Assembly (NCBI GenBank): GCA_951406725.2
Contig: OX597837.1
Location: forward strand, 4,526,001 to 4,590,000
Source: Octopus vulgaris
Taxonomy: Eukaryota
DNA length: 64,000 nucleotides
Reading direction: 5' to 3'
Shown: piece by piece, positions 44,885 to 57,641 of the stretch
Numbering within the stretch: the stretch's first letter is position 1
Layout of the letters: each line of letters begins with the position of its first letter
Notes under the pieces: model-generated
What the model saw: only the letters and a program-made list of their open reading frames with translations
Database searches by the model: none
What the model was told of the DNA's origin: nothing
Position numbers and translations under genes: made by a program

Positions 44885-47874
44885 TAAAAATCCCGTTCTT
44901 GAGAGACTTTGTCGCATGCAATCAAGCCTTATGCATAGCACTTACGGAAACGCACCTGAAACCGGACATAGCAGATGCGGAATTACACATACCACAGTAT
45001 GTTGTACTACGGACCGACAGAAAAGAAAGGAGTCATGGAGGAGTTGCTATGTACATCCGTGAGGACCTCACACCCCAGGTCCTTTTGCCATACTCAAACT
45101 CGGTGTGTGACACACTAATTGTACACATAAGGCAACTTGATGTAGTTGTGTGTGCTACATATCGCCCTCAAGATGCCCCAAGCCATGTAGGCAAGTTTGA
45201 AGACTGCCTTATAAAAATAGAAGTTCTAATCACATTAGAACAAAACATAAGTGTACTTCTCATGAGAGACTTCAATCTACCCAATGTCAGATGGCCTGAG
45301 GGCCTTTCTCTCCCAGGAATGACAAGATGTGAACGAGGACAGGCGAGGTCCCTCCTGAACCTCATCAACACCCTGTACATGGAACAAGTAATACTCCAAC
45401 CAACCAGGGCAGGTAACACACTGGATCTCTGCTTCACAAATAATATGGATCTCATCCATAATGTGAAAGTGACACCGACACTACTCTCGGATCACAACAT
45501 GGTAGAGCTGACCATGTACGGGCCAAAAGAGAGCACGGACATGCAGCCTACAAGAAACCCTCAGAATCTTTCCAGCTTGAACTACCATAAGGCAAACTGG
45601 AAACAAATTGAGAAAGAGATCCTCAAACAAAACTGGCCTAAATGTCTCTCCTCGCCAGACATCGACGTGAAAATGAAACTTCAACAATTCATGTCTGTAA
45701 TGCAAGCCATATGCTACAAATGTGTCCCAGAGAGAAAGGCCACTGTACACAAGAACAAAATCCCCAGAGAGAGGAAAATTTAATGAGACGGCGTACAAAA
45801 ATTTCAAATCGCCTAAACAAACAGATTGAAAGCAGTGAAAAGTCCCGCCTGAGAATAAAACTTGGAAATTGAAAAATGTCTGCAACTCTCCCATGAAAAT
45901 GAAAGAGCAGACAAAGAAGCCTGGGCTATAGACAACATAAAATCTAACCCCAGAGCTTTCTACAGGTATGCCAAAGAAACAGCTACGGCGCACTGTAGGA
46001 TAGGGCCACTCCTTGAAAAGGATGGCACACTTACAGGAAAACCAATGAGGATAAGTGAAATACTGAATGAGCAATTCAAGAGTGTTTTCACTCCACCCCT
46101 TGGGCATCTCCAAATCACCAATCCAACTGACTTCTTTACCACTGCAGATTTAAAATCAGAGGCGGCGACGATAGATTACATCGATATAAAGGAAGACGAT
46201 GTAATAAAGGCTATAGATGAAATGAAAACAGACTCAGCTACTGGCCCCGATGGATTCCCGGCAAGAGTAAGAGAGTCCTAGCAAGACCACTGCAGTTCCT
46301 CTTTCAGAGCTTCCTTGCAGCTGGCAAACTTCCAAGACAACTGAAGGAAGGTAAAATATGCCCCATTCATAAAGGAGGTAGCAGAGCGGAGGCCAAGAAC
46401 TACAGACCTATCTCTCTGACCTTACACATCAGCAAGGTCATGGAACGAATAGTCAGAAGGAAACTGATCACCTTCCTTGAAGAAAATTACTTGCTGCCCG
46501 ACACCCAACATGGTTTCCGACCAGGGAGAAGCTGTTTAACTCAGCTCCTACAACACTATGACTGGGTGCTGAAACGGCTGCTCAACCACTCAAATGTGGA
46601 AGTGATATATCTCGACTTTGCAAAGGCCTTTGATAAAGTCGATCATGGAATGATATGTCACAAACTGCGTGATCTCAACATAGTTGGAAAACTGGGAGAA
46701 TGGCTTCATGACTTTCTGAAAGATAGAAGTCAGGTGGTAGTATATTAACACGCAAATAGTGAGCGGTGTTCCGCAGGGCACTGTTTTGGGACCACTACTG
46801 TTCATAATGGCCCTCTCAGACATGCCCTCAGCCACGCAGAGAGCCACGATCACAAGTTATGCAGATGATACAAAAGTTTCACAGGCCTGAGTTTCACAAC
46901 CCTGAGGACACTAAACGCCTGCAATGTGAGCTGGACAAAATATACAAGTGGGCTGAAAAGAATAGCATGCAGTTCAATGCTGAAAAGTTTCAAGCTTTAT
47001 ACTATCAGCATGCAAAACTAAATGCAATACCCAATGAATACACTGGACCCGGAGGAATAGCAATCCCTGAGGTACAATCAGTGCGTGACCTGGGTATTTA
47101 CATGAGTGATGACGCAACCTTTCGTGTACATGTTGCTAAATTGGCAATGAAATGTAGACGACTGGCCGGATGGATTCTCAGAACCTTTAGAACAAGAGAA
47201 CAAGAAACCATGATGGTCCTCTGGAGGACACTTGTCCTAAGCCACTTTGACTATTACTCTCAGTTATGGTCACCATCCAGTGTCAAGTTGATCACAGAAC
47301 TCGAGGCGACCCAACGTAGCTACACGAAGAAGATAGCCTCTATGCAGATTGTAAGCTACTGGGAAAGACTCAAGAGATTAAAACTATATTCCTTGGAGCG
47401 TAGGCGGGAAAGATATGCCGTAATATACATCTGGAAGATCCTGGAGGGACGTGTCCCAAACTTTGGCATCGAGAGTTACACAAATGCCAGAACTGGGCGC
47501 CACTGCGTGGTGCCTAGGACTCCAAATTTGCCATCAAGATGTAGGACAAGATACTGTGATAGCCTGGGCTTCCGAGGCTCACAGCTCTTCAATATCCTCC
47601 CGAAGAACCTGAGAGACCTGCATGGGGTGGATGCAGATGTCTTTAAAATGAAACTGGATCTCTTCCTGTCAGGTGTCCCAGATGAACCAACTTCACGGCA
47701 GGAGGTGCAGATGAGGGCAGTTGCATCGAACTCTCTCATGCACAAAATGGCAGTCGCTAAAAAGCTTTCGTGAAGTAAAACCATGTAGCAACACCAAATG
47801 GCGGTGCCCCAGCATGGCCACAGCTCATGAGCTGAAACTAAAAAATCAAAAAATCAAAAATCAAATCATCAAAT

Positions 47875-47878
<4 letters not shown>
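44885..47878 (+). mobile_element. CR1/L2-group LINE ORF2 (APE endonuclease + RT), frameshifted
   Basis: [29 protein letters not shown] (APE); YLDFAKAFDKV, SGVPQGTVLGPLLF and YADD (RT); several frameshifts; (AAAAATC)n-like tail; (TA)n on both sides. Confidence 0.92.
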
Positions 47879-47906
<28 letters not shown>

Positions 47907-47908
47907 CG

Positions 47909-47995
<87 letters not shown>

Positions 47996-47999
47996 GTAT

Positions 48000-48210
48000 G
48001 TGTGTCTGTGTCAGTGGTTGCGCTCCACCACCGCTTGACAACCGGCGTTGGTGTGCTTTCGTCCTTGTAGCTTAGCCAAAGAAACCCACAGAATAAATAG
48101 CAGAATAGTTACTTAAAGAACAGTACTGGAGTCGATTCATTCGAGTAAAAATTCTTCAAGACGGTGCTCCAGCATGGCCGCAGTGTAATGACTGATATAT
48201 GTAACAGATC
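48000..48210 (+). mobile_element. Family 1 SINE 3' half
   Basis: CGCTTGACAACCGG..CGGTGCTCCAGCATGGCCGCAGTGTAATGACTGA. Confidence 0.7.
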
Positions 48211-48594
48211 AACGATATACGCTATATACGAGTATTTACCGATAGCGACAAAAGATCGTAGTAACATGGCAACATAATTTAATTATATATACATATGTAT
48301 CTATTTGTTGACAACAGATTGCGTGAAGATGTTCCCAAGACCTTCAGTGGATTATACGGCTAATTCCCTTTTCATGAAAATGCTAGAAGATTCCTGGCTT
48401 ACTGAAGAAGAAACCAGTGGAATTTTTGTTTACAGTTGCCAGGATTTTCACACTTCATGCAACTAAAATTATTGAAACTTGTGAACTCTTAGATTCTAAT
48501 GGCACCATTTCTCATAACTTACCGATTACACGAAGTATGGATTTTTACCTTAACACGTACTCACTTACACAGATACACACACAAATACACTTTC

Positions 48595-48936
48595 ATACAT
48601 ATACATACACTAATATATACCTATATATATCAATATATATATATGTTTATATATTTATCTATATATGTGTTCGTGTGTGTGCGTGTGCATGCACATATAT
48701 GTATAGATATACACAAATATATACCTATATATATATATATATATATATTTATAAATATTTTTATCTATATATGTGTTTGTGTGCGTATGTGTGCATGCAT
48801 ATATATGTATACATATACACAAATATATACCTATATATATATATATGTATATATTTTTATCTATATATGTGTTCGTGTGCGTTCGTGTGCATGCATATAT
48901 ATGTATACATATACACAAATATATACCTATATATAT

Positions 48937-48984
<48 letters not shown>

Positions 48985-49037
48985 AAATATTTATCTATAT
49001 ATGTGTTTGTGTGCCTGTGTGTGCATGCATATATATG

Positions 49038-49045
<8 letters not shown>
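48595..49045. repeat. Higher-order minisatellite of about four ~100-bp units built from microsatellites
   Basis: AATATATACCTATATATAT..TATCTATATATGTGTT..GTGTGCATGCA recurs at about 48600, 48710, 48815 and 48910. Confidence 0.8.
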
Positions 49046-49106
<61 letters not shown>

Positions 49107-49512
49107 GCATGTGTGAATGAATATTTGTATAAATTTTAAACAAATGTAACAACACCAGTTGATGGCTTTCTGCTCTTATATAAACGGGAAACGCAATTCA
49201 GATACAAATGTTTGAAAGGAAATCGATCACGATTTACTAGGAGCCTAACATGCGCTCGTTTTATTGCGTGACCATAGCTACCTACCTTAAAAGGAACGTA
49301 TATTTCATAGTAACATACCGGTGTCTGTCAAAAATATCAGTGTAAACCACTTCAAAACATGTTCTGCGTCATTAAATAATTGTCATGAAAACGTTGCGGA
49401 TGTAAATGCTAATTTTTATCTTCATTTAAACTTCAAACTAACACAGGGTGTTCATAATGTTGGAAGCTTTTTTGATTATAAGAGGTGTTCAGTCAAAAGA
49501 TGATATATGTCT

Positions 49513-49640
49513 AATCGACCCCGAAAGGATGAAAGGCAAAGTCGACCTCGGCGGAATTTGAACTCAGAACGTAGCGGCAGACGAAATACCACTAAACATT
49601 TCGCCCGGCGTGCTAACGATTCTGCTAGCTCGCCGCCTTA
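49513..49640 (-). mobile_element. Family 2 SINE 5' part
   Basis: GGCGGCGAGCTAGCAGAATCGTTAGCACG head on the minus strand. Confidence 0.8.
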
Positions 49641-49642
49641 GA

Positions 49643-49686
<44 letters not shown>

Positions 49687-49711
49687 ATAATAATAATAAT
49701 AATAATAATAA

Positions 49712-50267
49712 TGCCCTGATGCAGTACCAGGCAGTGGCTCTCATGGCTTCTGATCTTAACTAATTGGAAGTGTTATCATGTACATTGTTTTGTCTTGGTA
49801 TGAAAGATGGGCTACAGCAAATATTCTGCTCAATACCACAGATTTGCTTGTCAGTTGTTTGACCTTAACCAGTTGAGCATGTCCCTTAGTGGCTGACGAT
49901 ATGTGCATCTCTGATCACGAGCAGAAGTAGTGGGGGAGCATCATAGCCATGTGTTGAGAGGGATTCTTTGGGGTTTGAATAATTCACCTTTGGAAACATG
50001 GGTGGTTCTTTCAACATCCTTAAACAACCCTTATTCAGGGACCTTTTGAGCGGGATGGGCTACTCAACCTGAAGAAAATTCTAACTGGGCCCCACCTGCA
50101 AGGTCATGTGCTGTTTAATCTTGATATGAGATCACCATGTCGCGCACATATGGTTGTGATGCATGTGCCTGGTGTACCCTTATCAGACGGGTAGTCATGA
50201 TGGGTATATTGGGCTTCGTATATTTTACCCCAGTGTCACTTTGATGGCGTGCACTGCTCTCTCACTC

Positions 50268-50268
<1 letters not shown>
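49712..50268 (+). mobile_element. Non-coding interspersed repeat inserted in (TAA)n (probably R4/Dong-mobilised or a Dong 3' UTR)
   Basis: Flanked by (TAA)n; its 3' tip TTGATGGCGTGCACTGCTCTCTCACTCAATAAT recurs inverted at about 33490-33525 inside (TTA)n. Confidence 0.6.
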
Positions 50269-50340
<72 letters not shown>

Positions 50341-50373
50341 GTAATGATAACGATAATGATAATGATAATGATG

Positions 50374-50417
<44 letters not shown>

Positions 50418-50418
50418 C

Positions 50419-50534
<116 letters not shown>

Positions 50535-51367
50535 AGAACACATTTGAATATTGTTCGTACAACTTTCTAGGGAAAAGCATGTTTTCTCTTCAAGTGATTA
50601 GAATATTTAACATAATTACTAATTACTATAAATGAAATATTTGGTTTCTTTGCTATCAGTATTTATAGCAATGCTTGGGACTATTGACGAATCCTCTGTT
50701 GTTTACTGGTCTTTAATTTTAAGTCTTTTGCCGTATGAAGAAAAGGCGATGCCCGCGATCAGTTACTGTGCTTCGAAGGCTGGAGAGAAAATATCAACAA
50801 ACGATAGGCCAGGTCTGAATGCTTGCAACATATTAGACTCCGTAAAGGCTTCCATACTCCAAGGGGTCGCTGCTAAACCACATGATGGCTTCTGTCAGCA
50901 TCCAAGTAGACTATGGCCAGACTTGAAACTAGAAAGCAAAGGGCTGGAACAAATGCTGAAATAAATACGACCCCAAGTTTTTACATTTCTATCAGTCCAT
51001 TATATTGGATTAATACATTTTTATCGATCCTGGAAGAATGAGAAGCAAAGTTGACTTCGGCTGAATTTGAACACGCGGGATCATAGAGCAGAGCCAGAAC
51101 AAACACTCACAAGCATTGTCCGACACTGCTAGTTCGCTGTCTGGAGCTAAAAAGAAGAAAGCTGGAAGAAAAATTACTTTCTCCTAGAAGTGATTTTGTC
51201 CCACAAAACGTGACCCTCCCCAAGAACTCCTGTATTTCTTCGTAAATATGTGCTTACCTAGCATGAAATCTAACCCACAAAATGGAACGTACGTGACTTT
51301 TCATAACATTAAGATGTGGTGCATGAATGTACGTGAATAGGTGTAAGAATGTGTATATATATATATT

Positions 51368-51480
<113 letters not shown>

Positions 51481-52036
51481 ACAATAAAGGAACGGCCATA
51501 ATAGGCCATTCACCCACTAGAAATAACAGCCAAAGCTTCAACCGCAAATAAAAGTTAATCCAGTAAACCAGGAGAAAATTTAAAAAACATTTACCCTGTA
51601 ATTTCTTATACGATATACCGTTTCATCTGCTGATTAATGGTAAACTGACCTTACAGGGTAAATGTTTTTTTAATTTTCTCCTGGTTTACTGGATTAACTT
51701 TTATTTGCGGTTGAAGCTTTGGCTGTTATTTCTAGTGGGTGAATGGCCTATTATGGCCGTTCCTTTATTGTTGATGTTGAACTTAAAAATGGTCTATGAC
51801 TATTTTAATTTTTTCCTACTAGGCCGCTGGTGGCAAAAGAATTCTACAAAATTTTTTTGCCACCCTATATTGATTAATTATGAATTTTCTGGTTAATTCC
51901 GTAATGGAATCGACGGCTTATATTTATTTGCTGCCGATAAATTTGGCGCGAGTGCGACGATTTGAAAATTTTAGGTCAGATATTAACTTGGCAACGTCGG
52001 AAATGCCTCGTGAAAATATCTGTTCCGTCTTGGGCT

Positions 52037-52143
52037 ATTTCTTACTGATGAATCTGAGGGCCTGTGGAAGATTGGCTTGATCTAATTTAATCAGGTTAGT
52101 TTACCATTAATCAGCAGATGAAACGGTATATCGTATAAGAAAT
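52037..52143 (+). ncRNA. Type I hammerhead ribozyme, array unit 1
   Basis: atttctta-CTGATGA-atctg[58 nt]cagat-GAAA-cgg-tata-tcg-TA-taagaaat; predicted cleavage after A52135 (GUA). Confidence 0.9.
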
Positions 52144-52528
52144 TACAGGGTAAATGTTTTTTAAATTTTCTCTGGTTTACTGGATTAACTTTTATTTGCG
52201 GTTGAAGCTTTGGCTGTTATTTCTAGTGGGTGAATGGCCTATTATGGCCGTTCCTTTATTGTTGATGTTGAACTTAAAAATGGTCTATGACTATTTTAAT
52301 TTTTTCCTACTAGGCCGCTGGTGGCAAAAGAATTCTACAAAATTTTTTTTGCCACCCTATATTGATTAATTATGAATTTTCTGGTTAATTCCGTAATGGA
52401 ATCGACGGCTTATATTTATTTGCTGCCGATAAATTTGGCGCGAGTGCGACGATTTGAAAATTTTAGGTCAGATATTAACTTGGCAACGTCGGAAATGCCT
52501 CGTGAAAATATCTGTTCCGTCTTGGGCT

Positions 52529-52635
52529 ATTTCTTACTGATGAATCTGAGGGCCTGTGGAAGATTGGCTTGAATTAATTTAATCAGGTTAGTTTACCATT
52601 AATCAACAGATGAAACGGTATATCGTATAAGAAAT
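52529..52635 (+). ncRNA. Type I hammerhead ribozyme, array unit 2
   Basis: Same core and stems as unit 1; predicted cleavage after A52627. Confidence 0.9.
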
Positions 52636-53019
52636 TACAGGGTAAATGTTTTTTAAATTTTCTCCTGGTTTACTGGATTAACTTTTATTTGCGGTTGAAG
52701 CTTTGGCTGTTATTTCTAGTGGGTGAATGGCCTATTATGGCCGTTCCTTTATTGTTGATGTTGAACTTAAAATGGTCTATGACTATTTTAATTTTTTCCT
52801 ACTAGGCCGCTGGTGGCAAAAGAATTCTACAAAATTTTTTTGCCACCCTATATTGATTAATTATGAATTTTCTGGTTAATTCCGTAATGGAATCGACGGC
52901 TTATATTTATTTGCTGCCGATAAATTTGGCGCGAGTGCGACGATTTGAAAATTTTAGGTCAGATATTAACTTGGCAACGTCGGAAATGCCTCGTGAAAAT
53001 ATCTGTTCCGTCTTGGGCT

Positions 53020-53126
53020 ATTTCTTACTGATGAATCTGAGGGCCTGTGGAAGATTGGCTTGATTTAATTTAATCAGGTTAGTTTACAATTAATCAGCAG
53101 ATGAAACGGTATATCGTATAAGAAAT
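53020..53126 (+). ncRNA. Type I hammerhead ribozyme, array unit 3
   Basis: Same core and stems as unit 1; predicted cleavage after A53118. Confidence 0.9.
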
Positions 53127-53512
53127 TACAGGGTAAATGTTTTTTAAATTTTCTCCTGGTTTACTGGATTAACTTTTATTTGCGGTTGAAGCTTTGGCTG
53201 TTATTTCTAGTGGGTGAATGGCCTATTATGGCCGTTCCTTTATTGTTGATGTTGAACTTAAAAATGGTCTATGACTATTTTAATTTTTTCCTACTAGGCC
53301 GCTGGTGGCAAAAGAATTCTACAAAATTTTTTTTGCCACCCTATATTGATTAATTATGAATTTTCTGGTTAATTCCGTAATGGAATCGACGGCTTATATT
53401 TATTTGCTGCCGATAAATTTGGCGCGAGTGCGACGATTTGAAAATTTTAGGTCAGATATTAACTTGGCAACGTCGGAAATGCCTCGTGAAAATATCTGTT
53501 CCGTCTTGGGCT

Positions 53513-53620
53513 ATTTCTTACTGATGAATCTGAGGGCTCTGTGGAAGATTGGCTTGATTTAATTTAATCAGGTTAGTTTACAATTAATCAGCAGATGAAA
53601 CGGTATATCGTATAAGAAAT
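53513..53620 (+). ncRNA. Type I hammerhead ribozyme, array unit 4
   Basis: Same core and stems, with a 1-nt insertion in the stem II extension; predicted cleavage after A53612. Confidence 0.9.
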
Positions 53621-53840
53621 TACAGGGTAAATGTTTTTTAAATTTTCTCCTGGTTTACTGGATTAACTTTTATTTGCGGTTGAAGCTTTGGCTGTTATTT
53701 CTAGTGGGTGAATGGCCTATTATGGCCGTTCCTTTATTGTTGATGTTGAACTTAAAAATGGTCTATGACTATTTTAATTTTTTCCTACTAGGCCGCTGGT
53801 GGCAAAAGAATTCTACAAAATTTTTTTTTGCCACCCTATA

Positions 53841-53875
<35 letters not shown>

Positions 53876-53882
<7 letters not shown>

Positions 53883-55579
53883 CGGAATGGTCATATTGCC
53901 AGTTTAGCCAATAAAAACACACCCAAATCCTTCATTCATACTATGCAAAACCTATGGCCTCAAAATACCTGATCCACCGGAACTCAGCCATTGCGGGCAA
54001 TGCCAAATTCAATATTTTGATGGCAGACCTCGTCAGAATAATGAGAAATGTGTCACGCATGTGCGAGCCTACAGAATTAAAGAGACACATACAGTATTTC
54101 ATTCACCGCATGCAGTTCTCAGGTTACAGCCATAAAGAAAGGATCAGAGTATACAAAGGAGCCATGAAGAAATTTGATAATATATTATGTAATGATAGGA
54201 ATGGGATTTGCCCACTCTATAGGAACAAGTCATGGAACACTATAGAAAGGACAAAAAGAAAATAAGGAAGGCCAACTCTTGGTATGATAGCCATAAATAC
54301 CAGAGTGTCATGTTCGTTGACACCACCCCTGGAGGTGAACTAGCGTACCGCTTTAGAAGGACCCTAGATAAACTTAAACTAAGAATTAAGGTTGTTGAAA
54401 AGCCAGGCAACCCTATCAGATCTATAATTGGTAGAACCTATCCTTTTAGTAGAACTCTCTGTACGGATAACTATTGCACTGTATGTAGATTTAGCCCACA
54501 AACGAACTGTAAAGCCAGAAATGTGGTCTATAGTATAAGATGTATAGAGGGACGATGCAGTAACAAGACAGTAACATACGTAGGGGAAACTGCAAGAAGC
54601 ATTGGTGAGCGGGTGAATGAACATTGGAGACAACTCAAGGAAGGTAAAAGCTCATCGATTCTGTACCAACACGCCGAACAAGAACACGGGGGATCAATCA
54701 ATAACATAGAGATTAAGATATTGTCCACACATAGAACAGATGCAACAATTAGACAAATTACAGAAGCTACACATATAATAGAAAATAAACCTAGCCTGAA
54801 TAGAAAACTAGAATGGAGCAATAGCGCACACCACAACATATGACAATAGTGGATCCTGCAAACATAATAAATACACAGGTAATTAAAGAAATAGAAATGA
54901 ATATCTATGTGTATGTATATGTGTATATATATGTATATGTATATGTGTATATATGTGTGTATATATGTATATATATATATGTATATGTATGTGTATGTAT
55001 ATATATATATATATGTATATGTATATTCTGTTTTTTTTTTTTTTTTTCTCGATTAGATTTATTATTATTATTACTAATATTGTTGTTATACATACATACA
55101 AGCATATGTAATGATAATAATGGGTGGATGTAAACACATGAACAAAATTAGAACAAAAGCAACAACAACAAAAACAAAATACAAATTACAAGAATGTATA
55201 TAACCAGAAGATACAAATATTACAGACATCCCCCCCACACACTAAATAAACATAGACGCACATAGAGATATAAGCATGCGCAAATGAAGACATACAATAG
55301 AAATACAAAATGGCTGACGGTTAGTAAGGAGAGACACAAGTAAGTGAGAAGAAAACAAAGGACCACTGATGCGGTCACAGGAGTGTGACGAAAGAACTTT
55401 GGCCGAAATAAGATTAAGATTAATGTAAAAAATAAATATCACTGAAGCAAAATAACACCAAATATATAGTGCGTGTGTTTTTATTGGCTAAACTGGCAAT
55501 ATGACCATTCCGAAATATAACAATATCTGTTTCAACACACGACTTCACATAAAAAATCTTGCACAACAAATATTTAAAC

Positions 55580-55580
<1 letters not shown>
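53876..55580 (+). mobile_element. 5'-truncated Penelope-like element (RT thumb + GIY-YIG + pLTR) with a short inverted 5' cap
   Basis: ORFs 53954-54265 (KPMASKYLIHRNSA..RMQFSGY) and 54232-54843 ([27 protein letters not shown]) separated by one frameshift. 53876-53922 is the inverse of 55473-55519. Confidence 0.9.
55363..55402 (+). ncRNA. Variant minimal hammerhead in PLE pLTR
   Basis: cca-CTGATGCG-gtcaca-ggag-tgtgac-GAAA-gaac-TT-tgg; core A9 is not conserved. Confidence 0.5.
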
Positions 55581-55624
<44 letters not shown>

Positions 55625-55627
<3 letters not shown>

Positions 55628-55754
55628 AGAGATCACGAGAAAAAAAACAAAAGGCGAAGACAGGTGGCGTATAAAACAAACAGATGTATTAATACATCTG
55701 TTTGTTTTATACACCACCTGTCTTCGTCTTTGGTTCTTTTTCGTGAACTCTCCC
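55625..55754. repeat. Spacer-less ~65-bp-arm hairpin of a PLE-end family
   Basis: Centre AAACAGATGTATT|AATACATCTGTTT at 55690/55691; the left arm matches 6257-6322. Confidence 0.8.
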
Positions 55755-55934
55755 CATATGCCACACGCTCACGTGCTCGCACCAGTTGATCCTGGCCTTT
55801 ATAATCACACACGAACTTCTCCACTGAAATTTCTATCTATCTACCCCTTACGGATTCTCTTTTGGACATTTACCCTTCGGTTGCACCTCTCCTACCTACG
55901 GATCACTGTGGACTCTGCTCTTGATGAAAAATCC

Positions 55935-56005
<71 letters not shown>

Positions 56006-56094
56006 AATGCAATGTTTTCGATGCTAGAAAATAACGGGTTTCTTTTTCATATCGTTCTTGTTACAAGATTACAAGATGTTATGTACCTTTAAAA

Positions 56095-56300
56095 TACTTT
56101 AATAATTGACATACTGGATCTTTTCTTGTCAGGTGTTCCAGATGAACCTACTTCTCGGTAGGAAACACAAGTGCGGCAGCGGCGTCGAAATCCCTTGTTG
56201 GCCAAGTGCCACGTATCAGAGGTGGTTTCACATACTAGTGTAGCTCATTCAACGGTGGTGCCCCAGCATGGCCGCAGCTTTCGAGCTGAAACATTTTTAA
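56095..56300 (+). mobile_element. 3' fragment of a CR1/L2-group LINE related to 44885-47878
   Basis: LDLFLSGVPDEPTSR and tail GGTGCCCCAGCATGGCCGCAGCTTTCGAGCTGAAAC. Confidence 0.8.
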
Positions 56301-56308
56301 GGATTTAA

Positions 56309-56373
<65 letters not shown>

Positions 56374-56536
56374 CGTGTGTGTGTGTGTGTTTGTGTGTGT
56401 GTAAGAACAGTTGAGAATCTGCATTCAAACGTACTGCAAATACCCACAGCTGAACATGCTGAAAGCCACAATATGGAAACGTGCGTAGAGAATGAATAGT
56501 ATAAATAGCTTCTTGTATTTGTCATAATTTTTCACA

Positions 56537-56574
<38 letters not shown>

Positions 56575-57019
56575 TGTATACAGAAGTACAAATCAATAAT
56601 AAAAAAAAGAAGACCAGAGAATTTTTTTAAGATTAGGACGTTTTGTTTATGGATATTCTGATTCATGGCTGGCCCTGGGTTAAAAAAAGAAAGAAAACAG
56701 TAACATATATGCTAAAAAGAACAGCAGCAACGACAATAGTAGCAAGAAAAACAGCAGAAAAAATAACAATAACAATATGAAAAATAATAAAAACAATAAG
56801 TGTAAACGGTGTAAGCTACTTCACTGAGTATGAACATTTAATTAAAGAGAGTTCATAAATATCACAATTGCGTACAGAAAATCAGTTAGAATAGCACAAA
56901 AGTTAAAATGGTGTCTCGAACACAAAGATTCGTTTAGTTCTTCGTAATTAGTTATGCATTGTTTGTCTGAGTCAGAGATTTTAATATATGGATACATATA
57001 TATATATATATATATGTAT

Positions 57020-57137
57020 ATCACGTCACGTCACGTGACCGACCAGACCTTCAGATGTTGTTGAACATCGCTGCTCACAATGCGTTCGCATTGTTTTAGT
57101 CTTCGAATGACGCCACCCCGCTGGCTAAGTGAGCAGG

Positions 57138-57142
<5 letters not shown>
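57020..57142 (-). mobile_element. 3' end of the tail-type-B SINE family
   Basis: Reverse complement of about 13505-13608, ending in (CGTGA)n. Confidence 0.7.
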
Positions 57143-57230
<88 letters not shown>

Positions 57231-57269
57231 TATGTATATATATATATGTATGTATATATGTATATACAT

Positions 57270-57312
<43 letters not shown>

Positions 57313-57565
57313 TAAAGATATGTATGTATGTTTGTATGTATATATGTGTTGATGGATGTATGGATAGATGGATAAATGTGTGCGTGTGTTTTTGTGTGTA
57401 CGTATATTTGTATTTATGTATGTGCATATACTTTTGTATATGTATGGGATGCATATATACATATATGTACGTATATATTAATATATGTTCGTGTATATAA
57501 ACATTATATTTGTCTATCCAATACGGTTGATTGTATTTGCATTTTATATATATATGATGTATATG

Positions 57566-57641
<76 letters not shown>

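Noticed and set aside
50632-50964. 110-aa ORF with a hydrophobic N-terminus
   Set aside because: No recognisable domain or splice context; compatible with chance or a decayed repeat.
51880-53562. Repeated 66-aa ORF in the array units
   Set aside because: No recognisable domain; it overlaps the ribozyme and is frameshifted in unit 4. Its repetition only reflects unit identity.
51651-53847. CRISPR array or rDNA/snRNA tandem cluster
   Set aside because: No unique spacers, eukaryotic context, and no 5S, tRNA or snRNA similarity that I could recognise.
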